The notes: generated by a model not told the origin, from the sequence alone. Counted from the first letter of the stretch, positions 33,109-46,704 are shown. The stretch: 51,014 nt of DNA from Nemertoderma westbladi (GCA_032718475.1 JAUCBJ010006771.1:1-51014); one strand, 5' to 3'. Program-made: numbers and translations.

Positions 33109-35353
33109 TCGGCTTTGTTAGGTAAGAAAGGCGGACCATGTTGCCATAAATTCTCGTCTTTCTTGAAATGAACTCCACTAACTCCTCTGGACAACATATC
33201 TGCCGGGTTTAACTCTGTAGGGCAGTAATGCCAACCATCCAACTTAGTCGTTTCTTTAATTTCTGCTGCACGATTGGCAACAAAGGTTTTAAACCTACGT
33301 GATTCATTTTGAATATAATGGATGACAGTTGTAGAATCCGTCCAATAATGAGCAGGTCGAGGAATTTGTAATGCGAGTTTAATTTGTCGTAGTATTCGAG
33401 TCCCTAAAAGTGCTGCCATAAGCTCCAAACGTGGTGTACGAACTATTTTCAAAGGAGCAGCCCTCGCTTTACTATAAGCCAGTCTTGTATCTCGTCTTCC
33501 TTCAGTCTGGGCAAGGTATACAACAGTGCCATAACCTTCATCTGAAGCGTCGCTAAACACATGTGCCTCAATCGCTGTCATAACTCCATTAGAGAAATAT
33601 GGCCTGGGGATACTTACACGCTCCAGCTGTCGCAAACTATTTATCCACGCCTCCCATCGGGTTTGGATATATTCTGGAAGGTGATCTTCCCAAACTACCT
33701 GCAGAATGTAAACTTCTCTGAGAATCTGCCTACCAACCAGCGTAATGGGTGCGAGCAGGCCAAGTGGGTCATATATCCTCGCAATGAAGGATAAATAAGA
33801 ACGTTTGGTATGTAAAATGGTGTCAGTAGGTTCCAAGACATATTCAAAGGTATCAAGTGGCCGATTCCACAATATACCTAAAGCCCTGGACTCTCCACTG
33901 TTCGACATACCTTTAAGAATGGGTTCCCTAGACTCAACAATGCCACTGGGAAAGTCGCGGTTTTCATTGCAACCTTTTGACAGATCCTCTGATCCAATTG
34001 GACTCACAATTTGATCAGACATAACCTTCATGAAGGTTTCAGAATTTGATATGAACTTATGTAATTTGAAACCACCCTTCTGAAGGCAATCTCTCGCTCC
34101 TTTAGCCATAATTATAATTTCAGTTTCCGTATTTTTGGAAGCCATGCCATCATCGACATAAAAATCATTGGTAATCATGTCCCTCACCTCTGCCGTACAA
34201 GTATCGGCGTGATCAATGGGAACTTGTCTCATCGACATTGTAGTGGTGCAAGATGAATCTTTAGCCCCAAACATGTGCACCAGCATTTTAAAAACAGTTA
34301 CTGGTACCTTTTCATCAAGGTTGTCTTCCTCACACCAGAGGAAACGAAGGCTCTCTGTATCTTCTGGATACACCTTCACCTGGTGGAACATTGCTTCCAC
34401 GTCACACGTGAAAGCAAAAATCCCACTCCTAAATCTCAATAAAACATCAAGACCAGTATTGAAAATATTTGGCCCTTCAACTAAAAATCATTAAGACTAT
34501 GGCCTAAATAGGTCGCTGCCGCATCATTAATCAGGCGTATCTTTCCCTTCCGCTCTTCCCATACTACATGTAGAGGAAGATAATAAGTTCTAGGAGTTTC
34601 TGGTGTTCCCACTGGAACCCTTACCGCCCATCCTTTATCCAGATACTTTTCAATGACCGCCTGAATAGCTGCTTGTCGTCCTGGTATTTTATGAACCTTT
34701 TGCCTAAGTTTCCTTAATCGATTTTCTACCATCGTTCTATTGTTTATTAAAGGTTCCCCGGGATTTTTCCATAACATTTTAGTTTGATAATGACCATCGA
34801 CAAAACGAATTGAATCTTTTATAGTCTGTAAAGCTCTATTATCCTCTGGAGAGTTTGCCAAAGTTGAATCGTAAAGCCCCTCAAAATCTTGGTTGAAAAG
34901 GGATTCCAGATCTCGTTCGGTTCCAACATAATGAACTGACCCAGTCTTTATTTTATGGTGACATAGCTCGCTGTCAGAATCCACATGATTCGTTACTGCA
35001 GCTGCATTGGCTTCTTCTTTTGGCAGGGTACATTTTGGCTGAATTATTGGATCCGTTTGAGTAACAGAATTTATAGGACCCATTACCACCCATCCAAATG
35101 GTGTTCGTTCTGCTTTGGGCATATCCAGCTCACTTCCCCATCTTTCCTCAAATACTCGGTGAGCTAATAAATTATCTACCCCAATTAGTACAGTAACTTT
35201 AGGGATGTCTACAGGTGGATGTTCAAACAATATATTTTGTAAGTGCGAGTATCGTCGAACTTCTGTTTCATTAGGACTCGACCCAATAACTCCCAGATTT
35301 GGAATTACTGTTGCATTAGATACTTTCATCGAAAAACTATTTCCTTTATGTAC
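33096..35353 (-). pseudogene. BEL/Pao protease C-terminus, RT and RNase H (frameshift at ~34483)
   Basis: VLIGVD, TPFGWVVMG, SLNDF/LVEGPN, DVEAMFHQV, FYVDD, IYDPLG, FSDAS, PRLELMAA, WTDS, NPADMLSRG. Confidence 0.94.
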
Positions 35354-35824
35354 TGAGTTAAATTGATTGATTGATTGAATTTTTTCCCATATAAAAATAC
35401 ATACTGCACAATACTGAAATAATATATATAAATCACAATTTACCGGTAATTTATTTTACATTGTTTTATGTAAATTATGTAAATTAATGGATGGTAATAC
35501 ATTTGTTTGAAATTATATAATAAAATTGTCTTGCCTAGGTATCATAAATGGTCTAACTCTGTACAGTAGTTTACAATAAATCACGTGTACCGTATATACA
35601 TACATTAAACTTGAAATAAAATAAAATTTACAGTTTAAAATATATCTGTTACGTAGCTACAGTTTAAAAAGTAGTATCACATACGTACAGTAAAATTTAT
35701 TTAACAAGGTACAATAAAATACGAACACGTAGTTTAAAACTTTTCACATATTATGTATAGTAAAATTAACTCAGAGTATCAGTACGTAACTACAGTTTAA
35801 AAAGTAGTATCACATACATACAAT

Positions 35825-36145
35825 GAAATTTATTTAACAAGGTACAATAAAATTTATTTAACAAGGTACAATAAAATTTATTTAACAAGGTACAATAAAA
35901 TTTATTTAACAAGGTACAATAAAATACGAACACATAGTTTAAAATTTATCACATATGTACAGTAAAATTAACTCTGAGTCTCAGTATAATTTTATACAAT
36001 AAAACAAGGTATACAAAATAAAACAAGGTAGACAAAATAAAACAAGGTAGACATCAATAAAACAAGGTAGACAAAAATAAAACAAGGTAGACAAAATAAA
36101 ACAAGGTAGACATCAATAAAACAAGGTAGACAAAAATAAAACAAG
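35825..36145. repeat. Minisatellites in the LINE 3' UTR (AAATTTATTTAACAAGGTACAATA and AAAATAAAACAAGGTAGAC units)
   Basis: Direct periodicity. Confidence 0.85.
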
Positions 36146-36444
36146 CAGAACCTTAAAATAAAAAACAAGTAGAAAATGTGCAATATTAGATTAAAATGGA
36201 GGGATAGCCTTATGAGGTTTCACCTCGTTTCCATAAGGGTCCCTGTGCTCTATGCGGCAGACAATATTATTTGCACCAAAATTGTAATGAAAATGGAATG
36301 GCGCCAATGAAATGCTAAAAGTAACTGAAAAATACAATAAAAAATAGCAATAAATGCAATAATAAAAACACTGTAATATATAAAATATAGCCTATAAAAT
36401 AAATAATTATGAAGTTCAATAAAATACAATGTTTGTTATGTTAA

Positions 36445-39400
36445 TTAATAATCATAATAAATGTATTCATTTGCATTTTCGCTTAGCAGCTGCTGTAGGT
36501 AGTAGTCTTTGAGGTTGTGTTTGAACACTTCTAAAGTTTTCACGTTCGTTAAGCTTTGAGGCAGTTCGTTCCAAATTTTTGGGCCCAAGTAAGTGAACGC
36601 TTTCTTGCCGCAAACTGTCGTACAATGGGGGAGCGCAGCTGATGACTCAGTAGAACGCAGTGAGTGTGTTTGACAACGAAGGTTAACGAGGTCTGACATG
36701 TAATCGGGTGATATGTTGTTAACAATTTTGAACATATGTGATGCTATAACTGCCTTTATTCTTTCGTTTAGAGGGAGCCAATTTATTTCTTTGAAGTGTT
36801 GGATTCCGATATGTTCACGAGGACCGTAACCAAGGCAATATCTGACACATTTCCTCTGTAGTGCTTCCAATTGCTTACGAAGGCGTTGAGTTATGCTGTA
36901 AAACCAAGTAGATGCGGCGTAATCGATATGTGGTTGTATCAGTGTATTGCATAGCAAACGTCTTGTATAGTAGTCTAGTAATCCGCCATATCTATGTAAA
37001 AACTTCAATCTATTGTTACATTTCTTTATTACCTTTGTGGCCATCTCGGTCCCACTTAGATGTTGGTCTAGCACGGAGCCAAGGTAAGTGACCGATTTTG
37101 CATTTTTTATACGTTGCCCACCACAATAGACTTCTAGTTCAGGAGAGGAAGCTATCTTTTGGTGTGTTCCAATGAGTATGCTGTAGGTCTTATCAAAGTT
37201 TATTGTCAGTTTATTTTGTACACACCAGTCGAATACTCTGTCCATTGTTGAACTCAAACTTTTAGAAATTAATTCTGAGTCATCATTGGTTTTTATTAAG
37301 TTTGTGTCATCGGCAAAGGTTGGGTCCAGGGTGTCATCCTCTATTACCATGTGGAAGTCGTTAGTGTCTCCTTGGTACAGTAGAACTCCCAAGATAGATC
37401 CCTGGGGAACACCATTTTTAATAGGTTTAGTCTCCGATCGTGTGTTGCCAATAGCAACGAACTGTTGTCTACCAGAAAGATATGATTCGAACCAATCTTT
37501 TGTTTTATTGGTAGCGCCCATAGCCTTTAGTGTTTCTAACAATATTATATTGTGATTCACACAGTCAAAGGCTTTTCGAAAGTCTATAGTAACCATACCA
37601 GTGAGTTTGCCATTGTCCATACCATTTCTAATAGCGCTATCTACAAAGATTAATGCCGTTTCAGTTGAATATCCCTCCCGAAAGCCCGACTGAAGTTTAT
37701 TTATTAGTTTGTTATTGATATAGTGGTCTTGTAGCTGGTTAAATGCAACTCTTTCAAGTATTTTAGACATTATTGGAAGTAATGAGAGCGGGCGAAAGTT
37801 TCCTCTCTCTAGTCGCGAACCACTGCTTTTATATGCAGTCTTTACACGAGCAATCTTGTAACTTGTAGGGTACTTAGTGGTTATTATAGATTGGTTAATA
37901 ATATGCAGTAGGGGGGATATAATGACTGATAACCCATCCTTTATTATCTTTGCCGGTATCTCATCCGATCCAGTGGCTTTAGAAACATCAACCCTAGAAC
38001 ATATTTTGTAAACCTCGTCATATGTCGTAGGGTGTAATTCGAAAGAATTTTCCACAACTCCCAGTTTTTTGTAATAGTCCACCACCTTCGGAATATCGTA
38101 GTTTCCACTAGGTGGCGGCAACTTACTTACGAGCTCATCTGCTATTGTTAAAAAGTAATCATTAAAATAATTACATACATCTTCGGTGTTGCTACATATA
38201 TTTCCGTCTATTTTAAGAACGGTAGGAGTTGAGGGATCCTCTTTTATTTTTTTTGAATGGGGGCCAATGTCTTTCAATGCTTTCCAAAGTTTTTTACTGT
38301 CTTTACCAGCCAATGCAATTTTCTCTTTGATATACGCAGTCTTCTTCTTTCTAATTATAGTTGTAGTTTCATTGCGGGTTTTTTTTTAGAAGTTGTTCAT
38401 CATTATGGCTGCGTGTCTCTTGGAATCTATGGGTTTGTTTATTTCTATTAATAATGGCTTCTTTGACCTCAGTATCCACCCAGGGCTGAGAATGACATCG
38501 AACTCGATACTCGCGTTTGGGTGCTAGTTTATCTAGAGCAGTATTTAGAGCTAACGTTAAAATATTGGTTGCCTCATCCACATCGGTAGTAGTTGCTATC
38601 TTATCTATTTCTCTATTGTTATGCAATTCGAATATAAGTTTCTCAGCAGTATATTCATTATAGGATCTACACTTGATATATTTTGGTTCCTTAGGACAAC
38701 ATTTTTTACGTTTTCTAGTTGCAAACACCATGTAATGATCACTTAACGTATCCTTAATTACTCCAGAAGTAATTACCATATTTGGGTTTGAAACAAAGAT
38801 ATGGTCCAATAATGTAGCAGTTGTTGAAGTTACTCGAGTTGGCTCCCGTATTAATTGAACTATACTGTTCGACTCACAGAATTGCAATAGTTGTTTCAGG
38901 TTGTTATCGATATGTTGTATTCCTAGTGGATTTTTGACTATCTCACCCGTTAATGGATTTATCACAGACATCATATTTGTATTAGTATCACCCATTATTA
39001 TTACCTCTTTATAGCGTGATAAATCACCTGCAGTTATTTCGAGGTTTTCGAATATAGAATAGTCAGCATCGGGTCTATAAATTACTCCAATGAGTATCGG
39101 TTTCGTCTTAGGAAGGTATAATTCGCCAATTAACAGTTTAGAAGGAGTGTCATATGACTGGGGCTTCACCTCAAATGGTAAGTGTTTACGTACATAGAGT
39201 GCAACCCCCCCTCCATTCCCAGTTCTGTCTCTCCTATATATATCATATCCATCAATATTTACTTGTTGGTTTGTTATTGAGTCATCTAGTTTAGTTTCAG
39301 TTATTGCAATAACATGGATAACTGGAGGGTTCAACATTACATTTAATTCATGTACTTTATATCGTAGACTGTTTATGTTTATATGAAGAAAGTGTATTCC

Positions 39401-39499
39401 ACTCCGTTCAAAGTTTAATAGCCAGGGGTATGGGTGTGAGCCAACTGAATGTTCCTCACATGTGGTAGCGAGGCAGTAAGAAGCATCTGCAGTAGGTAG
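36445..39499 (-). pseudogene. LINE ORF2 (APE + RT) with a frameshift in an A-run near 38380
   Basis: FLHININSL, AITETKL, GDTN, LDHI, SDH; NFRPLSLL, IDFRKAFD, GVPQGSILG, FADD. Confidence 0.92.
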
Positions 39500-40558
39500 T
39501 CAATCTAGACGTTCAGCTTCGTTTCTCGTCACATCCAATCTCGTGGATTGTGATCGTTGGCGGGAGATACGTCGTTTCTGCCTAAATTGATATTCCATCT
39601 CGCGTTCAAATTTAGACAAATCTTTGTTGAAATATAATCGGTTGCTACCAACTACGAATACCTTCCGGGATATAACCTTCAATGCCTCTTCAATGGAATT
39701 AAATGTAAGAAGCAGTGGACGAGGGTTGTTATCCTGTCTTGGTTTACCTAGTCGATGGATTCCATAGTAGGGTAATCTTTCATTCAGAGACTCTTCTAGG
39801 AACTTATTATCAGCTTCACGCTGCATAGCTGTGTTACTTGCACCATCGCCAGGTACTCCATGTATAATGACATTCCGTTTCCGTTGGTCATTAAGTCGGA
39901 TTACCTTCTCTATACTGTTACTAGAGGGTTCCACCTTTTGTTGCACAATTTTCTTATTTAAGTCTTCCAAATGTTTTGCGTTGCGTTTTACAATTTCCAC
40001 CCATGTACCCCCACTATCTTCATGACCATCATTCCCGGTAGAAGGGGGAGGAAATGATGCAATGGACTCAATGTTGTCCACTTTCGATTGTAGTTTGACA
40101 TAGTTTGCGTCTACCTCATTCAAAAGTGTCTCAATTTCACAACGAAACACCGACAATTCACGTCCCACAACTAGCTTTTCCTCACCTTCTATTTCAGTTA
40201 GTGAACGAATGTTATCTTTGACGGTATTCTTTGTTGATTCTACTTCTTGGTTGAGTAGCAGGTTGTCATCCTCCAAGGTAACAATATGATTAGCTGCACA
40301 GAACCCACAAGCAAATTTTTTGGTAGCGAAATCGTTTTGTTTGGAGATCTCGACTGGTACAGAGATTTCTGTCCAAACAGATGTGCAGAAAGTGCACTCA
40401 ACACTGGTCCTTACAAACTTCTTGGGAGCAGCCGAGGGATTAAGGGTTGTCTTTTTTTGTTTATCGATTTTTCCGGTCCCGGTTGTATTGATAGAGTTGC
40501 GCCTTCCACTTCCACCTTGCGCTTGGCGACTTGAACCTTGGGATGGCGACAAATCCAT
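39500..40558 (-). CDS. LINE ORF1
   Basis: CTFC...CGFC, coiled coil, RKRNVIIHGV, RLGK..PRPLLLTF, YFNKDLS. Confidence 0.88.
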   Translation of the reverse strand: MDLSPSQGSSRQAQGGSGRRNSINTTGTGKIDKQKKTTLNPSAAPKKFVRTSVECTFCTSVWTEISVPVEISKQNDFATKKFACGFCAANHIVTLEDDNLLLNQEVESTKNTVKDNIRSLTEIEGEEKLVVGRELSVFRCEIETLLNEVDANYVKLQSKVDNIESIASFPPPSTGNDGHEDSGGTWVEIVKRNAKHLEDLNKKIVQQKVEPSSNSIEKVIRLNDQRKRNVIIHGVPGDGASNTAMQREADNKFLEESLNERLPYYGIHRLGKPRQDNNPRPLLLTFNSIEEALKVISRKVFVVGSNRLYFNKDLSKFEREMEYQFRQKRRISRQRSQSTRLDVTRNEAERLD

Positions 40559-40737
40559 TATATATATAACGGTATATAGTTAGAGATTACAACAATGGGT
40601 CTTTTCAACTTCAACTTTCATAAATAGTAAAATATTGAGTGGCAGAAATAAAATGTAATTGAAGTAATTGTGTCTGCGTGGCGAATTCATTTGAATTGTG
40701 AGATCAGAGTGAGAAATTGTGAGAAATTCATTTGAGT

Positions 40738-43700
40738 GACAGCTCACCATGGTGGCGGTTGTGTTCGTATGTTCATTTCTCAAAGTTGCTAAATCTAAAT
40801 TATATTTTTCTCCCTTAAGATTTAATCTATCACTCACTTCCTTATCAATTAGGGTCAAGGTAGATCCAAGGTCTTAAAGGGCATATGTACTTACCCCTTT
40901 GTTACCCGAACTGACATTGATGGGGACAATTTTTAAATAAACCTTTCCCAGATTTACAGTCATACAAATCCCAGAGTGAGCTGTCAAGTTATTTATTTTA
41001 GCCAGGGAATTATCCACCTTGGAAATATTATCTACATTTTGAATTCTTTCCTGTTCGGGTTTAATACTAAAGGCATCCATTCTTTGCCTCTGATACTCTA
41101 TGGGGCCACAATCCTGGGCATTGTCTCTAAAATCACTAGACCCACTCCTGCGGTATCCAGCTGCTGGGGACCTAGATAGACTGCGATTTGGAGTCCACCT
41201 TCTAGAATTCCACCGGTTGAAACAATTTCGGCCAATATGTCCAGTGGAGAGGCAAAAACGGCACAATCTGTTCTCCCTTATGTAATCCCATTGCTCATTC
41301 TCTGGTGCACTCCGCCACTGATCACACTCAACCGTCATATGAGAGTTATTGTTTGGATGAAGACGACATCGTGAGTTTAAATCACAAATATTCAAATGCG
41401 ATCTCTGGTTAGAATGTTCCGTACGAGAATTTGACGGTGATTGTTCACTACTAAATGTGACTTGTCTTTTAATAGAAGGTTTAGCGGCATTACTAAAACC
41501 ACCGGATGCTACAAACACATTGGATTTCACAGAATTTCCTTTTGATTCAAAAGCTCTCCTTGGAATATCTTCTCGGGATCTCCGATAATTTTCCTCCCTT
41601 TTGTCCACCGGTTTTACTCGATTAGTGCGAAAACGTTCCTCACTGTATATGGGATCATTCATAATCTCAGCTTGATCTTCCAAAAATTGAGCAAGTTCAA
41701 ACAACTGCGGTTCCCGGTTATACCTACTCCTAATTGTCGCCGCAGTTTTCCTCCATTTTCCCCTGGCCCAATAAGGAAGAACCTCTACTAGCTGTCGCAT
41801 ATTATTAAGTGAATTAAGTTCATGCGGCATGCTTAATTCAGTAAGGGCCACCAATGCTTTATTCACTTTATCAGAAAAATCTCTAAAATTATCTTTTGTT
41901 TTAATTTTGTTATTTTCAACAAGTCTATCGATAGTAGCCTGGACAATCAAACCCGGATTTCCATAACGCTTTTCTAAAGCGCTCCATGCTAAAGAAAATC
42001 CATCCGTCAGCCCAGCATACTGTCGAACGACTTGATGCGCCTTACCTTTGGTATAAGCCAAAAGATAATTCATCTTTCTGACCATGGAAATATTTTTATT
42101 TAATATTTCCTCGGTGTAAAGATGCCGAAACTGTATATATTCTTCCAGCTCTTCACCATCAAAGGTAAAGGGTTCTATATTTGGAAGCTCCAGTTTCATT
42201 TTAAGGGCTTCCACTACAGCGTCAATTTGATTATGGCTTGGTTCATTTAAACTGACTACCGGTACATCATTTGGCCTACCTCTACCACCATTATTTGAGT
42301 TATCCCCGGATCCTTCTCCAGGATCCCCCCAACCAGATCCTCCGTTGCCTCCGGGTTGTCCGGCGTTTCCTACATAGACCCGCCTTTCATTTTCATCTAT
42401 AACTCCAGCTCCAGGAGGTTTACTAACCCTAGGCCCATTAGGCCTACATCCCCCCAAGGTTGGATATTTTAACCCTTCAAAACTTTGACCGGTAATAGGC
42501 CTACTTATATTACTTACATTTAATGGTACTGAAAAGCCTGCCTGTTGGTCTACTGATGGCCTACCTGACATACCTGTATGTTGACTACCGGTAGGCCTAT
42601 ATATCGCAGTATTCGCGGTACCGGTAGCATCGCTAGGCCTACTGCCTACATTTATCTTCCTATCCAGGCCTACACCAACCGGTACTTCAGTACTTCATAA
42701 CTGGTTCCCAAATGCCTACTGCTACTACTGTATTGGGGTACATACCTGCCCAATGGAATAAAAGTATCTGCTAAAGGCTGAAAGGGTTTCTTCCTAACGG
42801 TACCGGTACTTTACTTGACTTAGCGCTTACCGGTACTGCTAGCCCCAGTTCTAATTTACTGCTTTCACCTTGGCCTACCACTGGTACGGGTGCAGTTATT
42901 GGTACTATATTTTGCGCAGGCCTACTTGTATCGTGATGTGCTACCGGTACCGGTGCGTTACGCGAAAATCGATTTAAACACTGAGAATCATATTGCTCAG
43001 CTTCAGATGATTGGGTTACCGGTACAGGTTCCTCACATTCACTAACCGCATCATCATATGTACTCAGGCCTACAGGGTGACGGCTATGGTCATCTACAGT
43101 ATAATACTGTACGTTTTCATAATTCCTATCGATACCTGATTTCTGATTAGGCCTACTTATTGTACTCTTTGGTCGCAATACAAAACCGTCACTGGAATTA
43201 GATCTTGGCCTAGCATTACTAGCACCTCTATCACAACCTTGCAGTTGGTTCTGTGTTTTGATTGGTTGATAAACATCTGCATTATGTAAATTATTTTCAA
43301 CTTCACCTGCCCCTTTATTTGGCGTAGTAAATGTCCTTGGAATAAATCCTACTGTACCTGGGGGATTCTCTGCTGTTATAGGGCTAATAATCTTAACTGA
43401 TGTACATGTTCGTTTATCGGGTTTGTGGTACATTGGCGTTTCATGGGTCAAGACACTGTCAATCTCTGGGATGCGGTTTACATAGGTTAATGTGTCCATA
43501 GTAACCATTTCCCTCGGTTGGGTTTGTTTACCACTACTAGTCTCGGATTGCAATTGGGATATATAATTTTCAGCCTCTATTAATTTAATTTATCTCGCTA
43601 TTTTGTCACACTCATCTTGGTCATCACGCTCTCGTCTACGTTCCTTACGTTCCCATTCTATTTTGTTTTCCCTATCTTTAAGGGCCTTTATTTTATCCTC

Positions 43701-44642
43701 TCTCTCTACCTGCTGCCTATACCTAATTATCTCTGAGGAACGGGTAGATCCCGCAGCAGACCTAAGCTTACTCCCCCCCCAGATAATCCCCCTGGTTACT
43801 CACATCAATTTGTGATACCGAATCTTCGGGGTTTAAGAGAGGAATTTCGCCTTCGGCCATTGCTAGGGGTTGTATCCCTTCCTCGTTTCCTACTAGGGCA
43901 TTTTGGCTTTCCCCGACAGCGCTTGGAGAGGTACTTCTGCGGATCTCCTCCAGGTGGGTTTTAACCCTGGCTTGGATTTCCTGCGACCGCGATACCTCTC
44001 CACACGCAACTAAATGCCTACAGTACCTATTAATAAAGTCATAATCCTCACCATATTGCGCCGAGTCACTAGGAGTTACCATAGTTTGAAATCCAAAGAA
44101 CCTTCATTCAGCCCTCTTGAATCTTCGATGGAGTTCTGTTGGTTCCATAGTCTCCTCTAGCAGCACGTTGCCTCTGCGCGATGTCTTTGGTCGTACATCT
44201 GGATCTGATGACATCCGCCCCTCCAGACTCTGTTGAAACGTCGAAGTTCCTTGTTGAACCGTTGTTACCCCCTGCCCCAATGAAGGGTTTAAGTCTCGGG
44301 GCGCAATGGGTACAGTAGATTTATACCCAGGTTTCGCAGCATTCGCCACCCCCCCCCCCCCCCAGATTCCGAGATTACCTTGCTTCTTCCCTGTATTCCA
44401 ATTAACGATGGTCTCGGCTTCTGTTTTAGAGTTTCAAGTCTCCTTATGGGTTCACTTCTGGGTGGTGGGGGCGTACGGGCAATTTCTTGCCCTTTAGCAA
44501 TCCGTCCATCCTTTTCTAAGACTTTCCGAGATTGTCCCAAAAGAAATTCCCCCTCGTTTCCGATAGGTGGCGCTCCGTGAGAAAACTTTCCCGTTCCATT
44601 CGCGTCACTCATCGTGCGAATATTATTTCCTCCAGATTTCAA
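40738..44642 (-). pseudogene. BEL/Pao gag and protease N-terminus, disrupted by stops and frameshifts
   Basis: DUF1759-like LPNIEPFTFDG..EEYIQF...AWSALEKRYGNP; knuckles CRLH..H..EC and CRFCLSTGHIGRNC; protease TYAL*DLGSTLTLI with TAA at 40874-40876. Confidence 0.88.
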
Positions 44643-44692
44643 CTCTTTTATTCTATGTCACTTCTCCAAGCAGGTGAATTATTTCTGACTTT

Positions 44693-45239
44693 TGTTGTGG
44701 AGAATCTTCCTAGCCACTTTTTACTTGGAGAAAAACACTTCCTGTACGAGCCCACACTTTATACAGTGTAATAACAGTTTTATTGTAATTATATGTTACA
44801 CACAGTTATTAATTAGAGACAATCACAGAATGCAAATATTAACGAGTGGGAGACACTCGTCAGAAATAGTGTTTCCACCACGGCTATTTCTCTATCCCCG
44901 CTCTCTGGGGGGAAAGAGTCAACACTGGGGCCATAATGGAGAAACTACTTTATCTTATCAATTATCATCTCTGCCAATCCATGTGGCGCGGGCGGGCATG
45001 TGGCGCTGTGATTGGCTTGCTCCTTCCTACATTACAAACCCATCACCATTAACCAATAATAACATCCCTAGTACTAGTTGGGTGATTGCCAAGATGCCCT
45101 TACTTCGATTTCCTACTTATATTATCAATATTGAATCTAAAGTCGTTATATTGAATGGGGCGAGCCTTAAGGTCCTTTACAACGTTTTGAGAGAGGATAA
45201 AACTACTTTGTTATATATATCATCATTTCTTTCGTTACA
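44693..45239 (-). repeat. BEL/Pao 5' LTR (547 bp)
   Basis: Matches 29410-29953. Confidence 0.96.
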
Positions 45240-46704
45240 AAAGTTTAACCATCCCGCCAAAATTGGCTGTCTGTATTCTGGTTGGTTAATTATTTCTGGC
45301 ATGAAGGATGCACACCAACGAGCTAAAATGTTCATTACTGAGGTTTTCGGGGTCGTTGATTTCATTTCCGATGTCAGTTTTAATTTTTGGTGGAATATAG
45401 TCTATCTGTCTGTCTGTCGGTCTTCTGTCTTTCTTATACTTTGACGGACAGAAAAACGGAAAAATTTCATACGGAAAACAGTGATAACTCGAGAACTGAA
45501 AAAGGTCTCACTAAGCGGTTTTCAGATTTGTAATCCTCATTAAATTCTGCTCTAGGTGAAATAAAGAAACAATAATTTGAAAATATTACCTGAGGGGCGG
45601 TATACCCCCGCTTAAATAATGTGAATGATTAGAGTCTGTAAATAAATCAAGTGTATAGTTTAATCAATCTTTACCGGTGCCGGTGGAGCATGGAAGCAGT
45701 TTTCACTGTCTAGTACTTCTAACTAGACTGTCTAGTCCGTGTCTATCATAAGTCGGTCTGAAGGCTATTGGAAGTCCGTCAGTAGTAGCTGTGTCTATCC
45801 CTTATGATGCCTGGTGTCATCATTGCCCAATGCCTTTTCAGGCTCGTACTAAGCTGACTGGCGCCACTCCACTGTCCATTGGGTGCCTGTCAGTCGTTGA
45901 GAGAATGCAGCAGTGATGCTGCATATCACTCCATCGGGTCAGTAGTAAGTCAACCCTCTGCATACCATTCACCCCTCGCAATCCCTTTCTGGTTGGTCCT
46001 CAGGCAAATCAAGCAACTTAGTTCGGGGTTTGTCGGTTCCTAACAATGCCTGGTGTCATCATGGCTCAAATTCTTTCAGGCTCATACTAAGCTGACCAGC
46101 GGTGCTCAGGGTCTGCTATCCCTTTGGTTCCAGGCTAAGCTTAGGCTGTGTAATTTAGGAACTCTACCTGAAGCCAGATCGTATTTATTCTTGGAACTCT
46201 GGGCCCCTTTTTAAGCGTGGTGAGTGTCTGTTTTCTGTTCAGTTGTCCGTCAAAACCGCCGTAACTCAAGTAGTTTTAACTTTATAAATTTCTGGTCTTT
46301 TGCACATTGTGTTCGGGACTTTTTGGATTATTCATATTTTAAAGTTTATGAATTTTATATATGCCCTGCACCAGAATTGAAAATAACGCGAACAAGATGG
46401 GTGATAATATCATTTGGAAACTCTTCTGTTTTGAAATCATAAATGACATCATATACATACTATACTACTACTATACTACTACTATACAATGTGAAACAAA
46501 ATAATATGATACTTACTTAATAATATGTACAGAAATACAAGGTAAACTTAGATAGATCTGATTCAGCTAAGTTGCAGCTAACAGGCGTTGAACTGGTCTT
46601 AGTAAACACCTTATAAGTCAGTGAATAATATATTTATTTAGCATAGAGTTACAGAGTCTTTAATTGTAGGAGTTGCTTCTACATCATTATAGAACGTCTC
46701 GATT

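Larger units (their letters stand above)
35359..40732 (-). mobile_element. Full-length L2/Crack-like LINE inserted in the BEL protease
   Basis: TSD TGAGT at 35354-35358 and 40733-40737; (TCAA)n tail at ~35362-35380; 3' UTR stem-loop at 36197-36244. Removing the insert restores the frame VSCHSVHKGNSFSMKV. Confidence 0.9.
29410..45239 (-). mobile_element. Full-length BEL/Pao LTR retrotransposon with an extra cargo region and a nested LINE
   Basis: Two near-identical TG...CA LTRs; 5-bp TSD AAAGT at 29405-29409 and 45240-45244; PPT; gag-PR-RT-RH-IN of Pao type. Confidence 0.96.
28881..45611. mobile_element. Non-autonomous Kolobok-like DNA transposon (~0.9 kb net), split by the BEL/Pao insertion
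   Basis: TTAA at 28877-28880 and 45612-45615. Left end GGG..GGTATACCCCCCCT; reverse complement of right end GCGGGGGTATACCGCCCCT. Purine-starting TIRs with a TTAA TSD fit Kolobok better than piggyBac. Confidence 0.72.

Noticed and set aside
45800-46450. Possible ribozyme or Helentron-type MITE in the duplicated TGCCTGGTGTCATCAT...CAGGCTC.TACTAAGCTGAC segments
   Set aside because: No complete catalytic core, termini or TSD could be identified; left as an unassigned repeat.
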